Assembly: GCA_963663475.2 (NCBI GenBank)
Contig: CAXXJV010000001.1
Location: forward strand, 1,952,001-2,016,000
Origin: Candidatus Cloacimonadales bacterium
Lineage (GTDB): Bacteria; Cloacimonadota; Cloacimonadia; Cloacimonadales; JAFGVF01
Direction of reading: 5' to 3'
Length of the DNA: 64,000 nucleotides
A program made the position numbers and the translations under genes. Below, one piece after another: positions 21,701 through 30,123 of the stretch. The first letter of the stretch is position 1, and each line of letters opens with the position of its first letter. The notes under the pieces were generated by a model that worked only from the letters and a program-made list of their open reading frames with translations, was not told the DNA's origin and searched no databases.

Positions 21701-22674
21701 CTTTAAATGCAATAGCATATTCTTATCGATCAGATAAAACTGTAAAAAGTTTATATCGTCCATTCTGTTCTCTTAATTTATACTACCACAAACCTTTCAT
21801 TGAAAGTCCTGGTTTAAGTTCAAGATTGTTTCCTTCTAAGGATACTCAGAATCTCATTATTGGTGTTACTGGTATGGGAGCAAATAAAGATTTCTCAGTG
21901 ATGGTATCCAATAAAACAACTGATATTCAGTTGATAATGAATGGACAATTCTTCCCCCTCTATTATTATGAAGAAAATAATCACCAACAGCTATCTGCAT
22001 TTGATACAAATGATGATGAATATATTCAAAGAGATGCAGTATCAAACTTTATTCACGAACAAGCACAACGTATCTATGGTAATCGAATTAGCAAAGAAGA
22101 TATTTTCTATTATGTTTATGGTATTTTACATAATCAAGAATATAGAAAAGCCTTTACTGATGATCTAAAAAAGATGCTACCGAGAATTCCTTTAGTTGAT
22201 GAAACAAAAATTTTCTGGAAGTTTAGCAAAGCAGGTAGAGCTTTAGCTGAGTTACATATTAACTATGAAACAATTCCTACTCATCCCAATGTAAAAGTAC
22301 TTATAAATGGAACTGATAAAACTGATAATTTTGCTGATTTACATGATGTAAATTATAAAGTCATGAAAATGAGGTTTCCTAAGAAGGATCAAAAAGACCA
22401 AATAATTTACAACAGCCAGATTAGAATTGAGAATATACCTTTAAAAGCTTATGAGTATATTGTTAATGGTAAGTCTGCAATTGAGTGGATACTGGAAAGG
22501 TATCAAGTAAAAGTAGATAAAAAAAGTGGAATCAAAAACGACCCTAATGATTGGTCAAAAGAAGTTGGAAACCCTAGATATATTTTAGATTTATTACTAA
22601 GTATTATCAATGTAAGTGTCCAGACAATGGAAATTGTTGATAATTTGCCTAAGTTAGAATTTGATAAGAAGTAA
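18795..22674 (+). pseudogene. Type ISP (LlaGI/LlaBIII-like) restriction-modification helicase-methyltransferase, 5'-truncated and frameshifted
   Basis: ICDEAHRTTG follows the IS end directly, then MTATPR, QSVGRVMR, DPFTGTGTF, GNPPY and the C-terminal PRYILDLLLSII. Single-base homopolymer shifts occur at ~18885, ~19506 and ~20435. Confidence 0.88.
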
Positions 22675-22948
22675 AGCTTGGATTGAATCGTAAAGGAACA
22701 TGAGCTTGTCTTTTATCATCAGGTATAACGACAAGCCTGTAGCCTTTAGTATATTATTCAGACTCTTGTAGAAATAACTATAGTAACAATTATTCTATCT
22801 GTATCTATTTTTAGTTTTAGTTTTTCTGTAAATTGTGTAACAATATTTTTCATATTTATTGGACTTCCTAATATTTTCAATATATTATTCCTTTAATTTG
22901 AAGCTTGAAACAGCCATTTTTCTAATAATTATAAAGTGGTGTTATTGC

Positions 22949-22978
22949 AAAAAAAAAAAAGTGCATTTAAGCACTTTT
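22949..22978 (-). terminator. Intrinsic terminator after the recombinase (possibly bidirectional)
   Basis: aaaagtgc-atttaa-gcactttt hairpin with an adjacent A12 run, which is a U-tract on the minus strand. Confidence 0.6.
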
Positions 22979-22991
22979 ATAAAATTTCAAT

Positions 22992-23591
22992 TCATAATAT
23001 CTTATCCAGATTAACATAAACATCATCAATTTGATCTTGGGTTATACCTATATAGCGAAGTGTTACAGCTTGGGAAGAGTGATTGAAAATTCTCATCAAT
23101 AATGAAAGATCAACTCCATTCTTATAAGCATGATAACCGAATGTTTTCCTTAAAGTGTGTGCGCCTATTTTACTCTTTATACCTGAACGATAACCATAAT
23201 CGTTTAGGAATTGCCATACATACTGTCTTGTCCAGGCTGATTTGGTAGCTGTGACGCTGTTTGAGTTCGACATGAATATAAAGTCTGCCTCTCGGGAATC
23301 CTTTAATTCTGCAAGCTGATTTACCGCCCTTTTGACATTGTCGGAAAGTCGGAACTGTTTATTCTTTCCTGTCTTTTTTTCTGTTACCATGATCGACTGT
23401 CTGAAAGTAGGGTTCTCACCTAACTCGGAATAGACGTCTTTCCATGTTAACTTAAGAATGTCGGAAATCCGTAAACCCGTCTTTATCCCTATTTCAAAAA
23501 GAACAAGTTCTTTTACTTTTCCGTCTTTCAACAGCAACTTCTTAATTCTTTGAAGTTTCTTTAAATCTCTTATTGGTTCAACATAATTCAT
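22992..23591 (-). CDS. Small tyrosine recombinase (catalytic domain only, resolvase-like)
   Basis: VEPIRD start, GLRISD, EKKTGK, HTLRKT, FNHSS and TLRYIG give the full R-K-HxxR-H-Y set. Confidence 0.92.
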   Translation of the reverse strand: MNYVEPIRDLKKLQRIKKLLLKDGKVKELVLFEIGIKTGLRISDILKLTWKDVYSELGENPTFRQSIMVTEKKTGKNKQFRLSDNVKRAVNQLAELKDSREADFIFMSNSNSVTATKSAWTRQYVWQFLNDYGYRSGIKSKIGAHTLRKTFGYHAYKNGVDLSLLMRIFNHSSQAVTLRYIGITQDQIDDVYVNLDKIL

Positions 23592-24010
23592 ATATACCTC
23601 ATATAATTTTATTCAAGATTATAATATGAGTTTGAAGTTATATTTATTGCTGTTTAATTGTCATATTGAGCTTATATACTCGTTATGTAATGCAAAATAT
23701 TGAGCAAAAAATATTACACTGTTAAAAAATATGTGTAAGATGCATTATAACAATATTATAGCTGTATAAGTTTTACTTTACTTAATTACATTGAGTGAAG
23801 TAAAAACAATGATAAGGATCTAAAATCTTCATATTATTAATCATTACGATACTAAGTATAAAATTTTATAAGAATTATGAGTACAATAAAAATATTGACA
23901 ATAATTATCTTTACGATTTGTTTGGTAAGTAACATGAAATGAAATTTGAGAGCTTTTTTGTAATTTACGTTAGTATTTCATGTAAGATACAAAGGGGAGG
24001 GGGTAAGCTA

Positions 24011-26497
24011 ATGAATGTTGAAGAGAAAATATTTTTGTTAATGTCTCACTTAATATGTGTTGATCAGCAAATCCATAACTCGGAAGAAGAGATGCTTCAA
24101 GCATATGCTAAAGAAATGAATTTATCCGATAACATCATTAATGAAAAACAAAAAATTATTAGTTTAAGTGATGATTGCATTCAGATAAAAGAAATAATTT
24201 ATAGATTCCCTAAAGAATCTAGAGATGAATGCATAAAATTTTTGTTCATCATGTCTTCAGTTGATAATTATATGGACGAAAAAGAAATTGAAATGATCAC
24301 AATGATCAGTAAGTACTGGGATATTGATAATCTAAAAATAAATCAGATTAAAAAAGAAGCTAAAGAATTTTGTGATAAAGAATATAAGGAAAAAACTAAA
24401 AGCAGTATTGAACTATCCAGGGATGCACAATTTTTGATAAAGCTGGAGAAAATATTCTCACCAAAATTTGTTCAAACAGCTTCAGCTTTTTTAAGCTATA
24501 AGATGAAAGAAAAATTGAAAACTCTTAAAGATGAGATTCTCTTATCAGGTCCTGAATATGATGAAGCAGTCAAAAATTGTGAGATCGTAGCGAGTAGTGA
24601 TTTTGAATTTCTAATTAATTTAGTAGAACATATAGATATTGAACTGAAAGGTTTAGCAACAAAACTTCAAAGAAATGTTGCTAATCTAAAAAAAGAAACA
24701 ACAAAAGGTAAATCTGACAATGCAAAAACGCTTGTTGAACTGTTCGAAAAGCACCATAAACAAATAAATGAGGATGTACTTGATAAACTTGATAATTTAC
24801 TGATATCTAGTACAAAAAAGAAGAGAGTCCTTAAATATTTTACTATTTCATTTGTAGGTATGACAAAAGCTGGGAAAAGTACCCTACATTCTATTATTAC
24901 AAAATCTGATGGGAAAGAGATTGGTGTAGGTAAACAACGTACAACAAGGCTGAACAGGATATATGAGTGGAAAAACATAAGAATAATTGATACTCCCGGA
25001 ATTGGAGCTCCTGGTGGAAAATCTGATGAAGAGATTGCAAAAGGCATTGTTGATGAATCTGATTTAATTGTTTTTGTGCTAACAAACAACAATCAAAAAG
25101 AAACAGAGTTCAGATTCCTAAAAATTCTTAAAGAGAAAGCAAAAGCTCTAATAATTTTGCTTAATGTAAAAGAAAATCTCGATAATGAAGTTAGATTGAA
25201 AAGATTTATGAAAAATCCTGAAAAGGAATTTTCTGATGATCCGCGAAAACTTGGTGGACATATAAAACACATAAGACGTTATGCAAATGAATACTATGGA
25301 AATGATAATTTTGAGATTATTCCTGTTCAGCTTCTCGCAGCGAAAAAAGCTGTACAAAAAGAGATTGAAGACCATGAAAAATTATACCAGCATAGCAGAA
25401 TTCATAATTTTTTGAATTCTCTTCAATACGAAGTGATAAATAATGGGACTTTAAGACGTTCTCAAACTTTTCTAGGCTGCACAGTAAAAGACTTTCAAGA
25501 TATTGTGGGAGTTTTGAATGATCAAAAAACTAATTACAATCAAAGTATGAAATTTATTAATGAAAAATGGGTAGAAGCAAAAAAGAAGATTGATAATTCT
25601 AAGAAACTAATTATCGAGCAATTACTAATAAAAATTAATGAAGTTTATTTTGATGTTCAGAATTCCATTCCTTATTTTACAGATAAATATTGGAATCTAA
25701 AGAAAAGTGATATCGAATTTCAATGGAAAGTACATCTTAAAACAATCAAGATGGATGAACGAATAAAAGATTTAGTAAAGCAGGCTCAATCAGATTTTGT
25801 TGAAAGTATAAATGAACTTCTAGAAGAGATTGGTAAAGAAATTGAACTCCTATCAGCAATGTTTGAAAATGATTTCGAGATAGATAATGATAAATCGAGT
25901 ACTTTGTGGAAAAATATTTTTAGGTGGGGAGGCGTTCTTTCAGGTGTAGCAGGTTCAATTGCTTTGATTTTTTCTGGTCCTATTGGCTGGACTCTAATTG
26001 GCTTAGGTGTTGCTTTTCAGTTTGTTTCCGGTTTTTTCAAATCAAAAGCAAAACAAAAAGCTGAGAAAATTGATAAGATATCAACAGTATTAAATAAGCA
26101 AATAGAAGATACAAAAATTAATTCAATTAATATAATTGAAGATGAATTGCCAAAATTGTTTAATAGTATTCAAAATGATATCGAAAGATATTTTGAATTA
26201 ATGATTGCAAATCTTGATAAGACAATAGAGGTGTTAAATAAAGCATTGATAGCTGTTGAGGAATCTAAAGATGAACTAAATTATGCCTATGCTAAAAGGA
26301 TTATTGATTGGCTGAATAATGAAATAGGTGAGTTAACTGATGAAAATATTGCTAACACAATTGCATCGGTGAAGAGAAATATCGGAATAGATATGGAGAT
26401 TACACTAAACAAAGGAGTTGGTTCTAAAAAACAAAATGGTTTAGATAAAATTTTGCAGGAAAAACTTATGATCAATGAACAAAGGAGACTATCATGA
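24011..26497 (+). CDS. Dynamin-like GTPase with N-terminal TerB-like domain
   Basis: G1 GMTKAGKST, G3 DTPG and G4-like NVKE, with a hydrophobic hairpin (GGVLSGVAGSIALIFSGPIGWTLIGLGVAF) and coiled coils. The N-terminal D..I...E..ML / D......E..MI helical pair is TerB-like. A strong RBS precedes ATG 24011. Confidence 0.8.
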   Translation: MNVEEKIFLLMSHLICVDQQIHNSEEEMLQAYAKEMNLSDNIINEKQKIISLSDDCIQIKEIIYRFPKESRDECIKFLFIMSSVDNYMDEKEIEMITMISKYWDIDNLKINQIKKEAKEFCDKEYKEKTKSSIELSRDAQFLIKLEKIFSPKFVQTASAFLSYKMKEKLKTLKDEILLSGPEYDEAVKNCEIVASSDFEFLINLVEHIDIELKGLATKLQRNVANLKKETTKGKSDNAKTLVELFEKHHKQINEDVLDKLDNLLISSTKKKRVLKYFTISFVGMTKAGKSTLHSIITKSDGKEIGVGKQRTTRLNRIYEWKNIRIIDTPGIGAPGGKSDEEIAKGIVDESDLIVFVLTNNNQKETEFRFLKILKEKAKALIILLNVKENLDNEVRLKRFMKNPEKEFSDDPRKLGGHIKHIRRYANEYYGNDNFEIIPVQLLAAKKAVQKEIEDHEKLYQHSRIHNFLNSLQYEVINNGTLRRSQTFLGCTVKDFQDIVGVLNDQKTNYNQSMKFINEKWVEAKKKIDNSKKLIIEQLLIKINEVYFDVQNSIPYFTDKYWNLKKSDIEFQWKVHLKTIKMDERIKDLVKQAQSDFVESINELLEEIGKEIELLSAMFENDFEIDNDKSSTLWKNIFRWGGVLSGVAGSIALIFSGPIGWTLIGLGVAFQFVSGFFKSKAKQKAEKIDKISTVLNKQIEDTKINSINIIEDELPKLFNSIQNDIERYFELMIANLDKTIEVLNKALIAVEESKDELNYAYAKRIIDWLNNEIGELTDENIANTIASVKRNIGIDMEITLNKGVGSKKQNGLDKILQEKLMINEQRRLS

Positions 26498-28200
26498 AAT
26501 CGATAGAAGTTGCTGAAATAAACAAAAAAATTGAAACTTTTGAAGAAAGATTCAAGAATATTATAGAAAATAATCAGGAGAAACTTGGATCTTTACAAAT
26601 AAATTACGAGACTGAAATGAAGCAGTATAGAGATCAGGATATTCTAAAAGTAGCATTTGTGGGGGAATATAGTTCAGGGAAATCTACTATAATATCAGCT
26701 TTAACTGGAGATCGTGACATAAAAATTGAAGCCGATATTGCAACAGATAAGACCGCTGAATATAAGTGGAATAATATAACCTTGGTGGATACTCCTGGAA
26801 TCGGTACAGAAAGAAAAGATCATGATGCAATTACTTATGGAATTATGAGCAAAATGGATTTGCTTGTTTATTGTATCACCTCAGAACTTTTTGATGATAT
26901 TACAACAGAAGATTTTATAAAATTGGCATTTAAGCAAAACTATGAACAAAAAATGATGCTGATTGTAAATAAGATGTCATTAGAGAGTGGTAAATTTGTT
27001 ACTAAAGCCAAAAACTATAGTGATAGTATAAAAGATTCATTAGAACCATTTTCGGTTGATAATTTAAACTTATGTTTTCTTGATGCTCGTGATTATATTG
27101 ATGCTGAAGAAGAAAACGACAAAGACCTTATGGAAATGAGTAATTTTTCTCATTTTATTGAAATGTTTAATGGATTTGTAAGAGATAAAAAAATCCTAGC
27201 TAAATTAGATACTCCCGTTAGAATTTTATTGAATTATATTAATGAAGCAATATTGTTAACTGCCAGAAATTCTTCTGAAGATGATGCGTATATAGAAATA
27301 CTTAACAGATTATCCAAGACTACTTTAAGAAATAGAAATAATATGAAATTGAAAGGAAAAGGTGTAATCAACAATCTGTACAATAAAATTGCAAGTGCAG
27401 GATCAAAAATATCAAATTTGATCACAGATGAAGATTTTGAAAACAAGCTCAATAATAATGGTGTTGTTATCGAAAAGTTTAATGAAATTGCCAATAAAGA
27501 ATTCTATGAAGTAATTCAAGAAATTATAGATAATGTAAATAACGAGATAGAAGATGTACTTGGTTGTACACTATCAGAAACCTTGATAAATAGAATCAAT
27601 GTTAATACAAACTTCGAAAACACTTCAGGAATTAAAAAAGAAAATTTTAATAATACCAGTAAATTACAAAATCTTGAAAACATAGCAAATTCCATTGGTG
27701 GGACAATTCTAAAAAATGCAACAAAAGAAGGTGTTAAAATAAAAGGTGTATTCTTTAGATCTTCTGAAGTAGCAGGTAGTAATCTACATAAAGTAGTTTA
27801 CAAAAGTGCGAAATTTTTTGGGAAAAAATTTAAACCCTGGGAAGCTGTAAAGTGGGCTAAAAATGTATCGAAAATAGCGAAAGTTGCTGGACCAGTTCTG
27901 CAAGTATTTTCAGTAGCATTAGAGATCAATGATGCTGTAAAAGAAAAAAAACAAGAACGACAAATTGATGATGCAAGACATGAAATTTATACCCAGCATA
28001 TTGAAGTCGCTGAAGAGTGCAGTAACGCTATGTATGAACAGTTGGATGAAGTAACTAAATTAGTCCTTCTTCCTATAGAAAATAAAATAACCAATGCAAG
28101 AAAAAGTATTGAATCTCAAATTTCAGAATCATCGCAAGAAGTAAAAGAACTGATTGCATTAAGAGACGAACTTGAGATTTTGGTAAATGACTTAAATTAA
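26494..28200 (+). CDS. Dynamin-like GTPase (LeoA-like)
   Basis: G1 GEYSSGKST, G3 DTPG, G4 NKMS and a KFKPWEAVKW motif. Its start overlaps the upstream stop (ATGA). Confidence 0.85.
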   Translation: MKSIEVAEINKKIETFEERFKNIIENNQEKLGSLQINYETEMKQYRDQDILKVAFVGEYSSGKSTIISALTGDRDIKIEADIATDKTAEYKWNNITLVDTPGIGTERKDHDAITYGIMSKMDLLVYCITSELFDDITTEDFIKLAFKQNYEQKMMLIVNKMSLESGKFVTKAKNYSDSIKDSLEPFSVDNLNLCFLDARDYIDAEEENDKDLMEMSNFSHFIEMFNGFVRDKKILAKLDTPVRILLNYINEAILLTARNSSEDDAYIEILNRLSKTTLRNRNNMKLKGKGVINNLYNKIASAGSKISNLITDEDFENKLNNNGVVIEKFNEIANKEFYEVIQEIIDNVNNEIEDVLGCTLSETLINRINVNTNFENTSGIKKENFNNTSKLQNLENIANSIGGTILKNATKEGVKIKGVFFRSSEVAGSNLHKVVYKSAKFFGKKFKPWEAVKWAKNVSKIAKVAGPVLQVFSVALEINDAVKEKKQERQIDDARHEIYTQHIEVAEECSNAMYEQLDEVTKLVLLPIENKITNARKSIESQISESSQEVKELIALRDELEILVNDLN

Positions 28201-28203
28201 TAT

Positions 28204-28491
28204 ATGCTTTTGTCGTCCCGATATTTGTTAGTGATGATTGAATCAAAATATATAGTTAGAAGTCACCAAAATAAATCATCTCTTGAAGTATATGATTATA
28301 CCGATATTAATGTTGGCGCTTCAAATAAATTTATGTTCTATCGTGTTAGTGCTTATGAGGATGTAGATAATGAAATATTAAGTATGCTTGAAGGCTTGAT
28401 ACGTCAAAAACGAAAAGTGAGTCTAAAAGAGATTGATAATATGATTAAAAATCCTAAGAAAAGATATTATAGACAGCATAACTCTAATTAA
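28204..28491 (+). pseudogene. Probable C-terminal remnant of a surface protein
   Basis: YTD...MFYRVSA followed by a basic helical tail resembles the C-terminus of 30124-33537. It has no RBS or signal peptide. Confidence 0.4.
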
Positions 28492-28510
28492 AACACATTA
28501 CACGAATAAT

Positions 28511-28615
28511 AAAAGGGCAATCTTTCTGGGTTGCCCTTTAGATTTTTACATAAAAGTTCGAAATTCATCCCACCACCTCCACCAATAATCGGGACGATTC
28601 TTGGTGGCTTTTTTT
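28511..28615 (+). terminator. Two terminator-like hairpins
   Basis: aaagggcaa...ttgcccttt at 28511-28540, and ccaccaataatcg-gga-cgattcttggtgg followed by a T run at 28579-28615. Confidence 0.6.
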
Positions 28616-28773
28616 ATTTAAAAATAAATCTATTTTGCAGATAAGAGACAAGAGGTTATATGGATTATTTAAAATATATTTTTCTTTTAAACAAAGAGGG
28701 TGTATGGCAATACACCCCTACAATACCCGGTTTTAGATACGTAATATATCTGTAATAATAAAATGTATTATAT

Positions 28774-29403
28774 ATGAGAAATCACAAATACAATCCAGAA
28801 ATCCATAATCGTCGTTCTATCAGACTGAAGAAATATGATTATTCCCAGCCTGGACTCTATTTTATTACCCTTTGCACCAAAAACAGAGAATTTCTCTTTG
28901 GTGAAATCAATAATGAAAAAATGTTGCTGAATGATGCAGGGGTTATTGTTATGCAAGAATGGGAGAAAACGCAACAAATAAGAAAAAATATTAAATTAGG
29001 TGAATATGTGATAATGCCTAATCATTTTCATGCAATCATACAAATAGAATATCAAATCATGACATCTTCTTCTGAAAATAACAAGAAATTCCAATCACCA
29101 ACCCAAACCATCGGTGCAATTATGCGAGGATTTAAAGGTTCAACAACATTAAAAATAAATAAAAACCTACCAGCCCGTAATCATGGTAGGGGCGTATTGC
29201 CATACGCCCAAAATAATAATAATTCAGTCTGGCAAAGAAATTATTGGGAACACATCATCAGAACAGAAATCGAATATACCAAAATCTCCCAATATATAAT
29301 TAAAAATCCTCTTTGTTGGGATAATGATAAATTAAATGGGGGAGATGGGAATGTGGTTTTAGAAGATGAAATAGAGTATAAATTAGAAATATGGATGGTA
29401 TGA
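28774..29403 (+). CDS. rayT: RAYT, copy 4
   Basis: Near-identical to copies 1 and 3; the tail matches the copy 2 fragment. Confidence 0.9.
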   Translation: MRNHKYNPEIHNRRSIRLKKYDYSQPGLYFITLCTKNREFLFGEINNEKMLLNDAGVIVMQEWEKTQQIRKNIKLGEYVIMPNHFHAIIQIEYQIMTSSSENNKKFQSPTQTIGAIMRGFKGSTTLKINKNLPARNHGRGVLPYAQNNNNSVWQRNYWEHIIRTEIEYTKISQYIIKNPLCWDNDKLNGGDGNVVLEDEIEYKLEIWMV

Positions 29404-29434
29404 TTGTAGGGGCGAAACATCTTTCGCCCAGAAA

Positions 29435-29753
29435 GGAAATATTGCAGTCATTTGGGTGCTCTACTCTATCAAAAATCATAAAGTACTAATTATTAAACAA
29501 ATACAAGATTTCAATCTCTTAAATTTGTGACACAGGTTTTTCCATACCAATAAGTATGGAAAAAGTGAAGTCACAATTTCCATTACTACAATAATAATCG
29601 ACTTAAGTATTAATATAATAAATACTTAAACGATGTCTCAATTATTAATCAGTTTATTAATATTTTTAAGTAAGTAATTTAAGTTTCCCTATTATTTACT
29701 CTTTAAGACTAATTTTACATTGAACCTAAAAACTGAAAAATTATAATGTACAT
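29435..29753. repeat. Diverged copy of the non-coding block 16346-16663, with RTGAC-N7-TTTCC sites
   Basis: Sites at 29435(-), 29527(+) and 29558(-) are conserved while the spacers have drifted. Confidence 0.8.
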
Positions 29754-29761
29754 AATTAGAT

Positions 29762-29915
29762 GTAATTTTTTCGATGCCTAAGTTGTTGCAAATAAACTAC
29801 TAATTTGCATATCATAGAGACTCATGTGTCTTTTTATTAGTTGATTATGCAATTCTGCCATTACACTTAATATCAACCTTTGTGATTTTATCTAGAATTT
29901 CTTCATCATCAAAGA
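29762..29915 (-). mobile_element. Degenerate right end of the IS4-like element
   Basis: Reverse complement aligns to ~18640-18794: the last codons of the transposase (...NGRIA*), the 3' UTR and a decayed inverted repeat. Confidence 0.8.
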
Positions 29916-29925
29916 GTTTATTTAC

Positions 29926-30119
29926 ACCCAAGTAGTGCAGTAGGATTTTAGAGAAGAGTGCAGATTATTCTAGCAAAATAAGTTACAGAATTTGAAGGCA
30001 TATAATATATATATTCATGAAAATTATGTAGCTTATTTTTGCAAAAGAATCTAGCACTCTTCACCTGTGATACGTAGCTTTAGCAAAGTATTATCACAGT
30101 TCTAATGCACTATTCAGGT
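29926..30119. mobile_element. MITE with ACCC-type ends (IS982-like)
   Basis: Ends acccaagtagtgcagtag and ctaatgcactattcaggt. The internal gagaagagtgcag is shared with copies at ~8667, 39062, 40012 and 59168. Confidence 0.6.
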
Positions 30120-30123
30120 TTAA

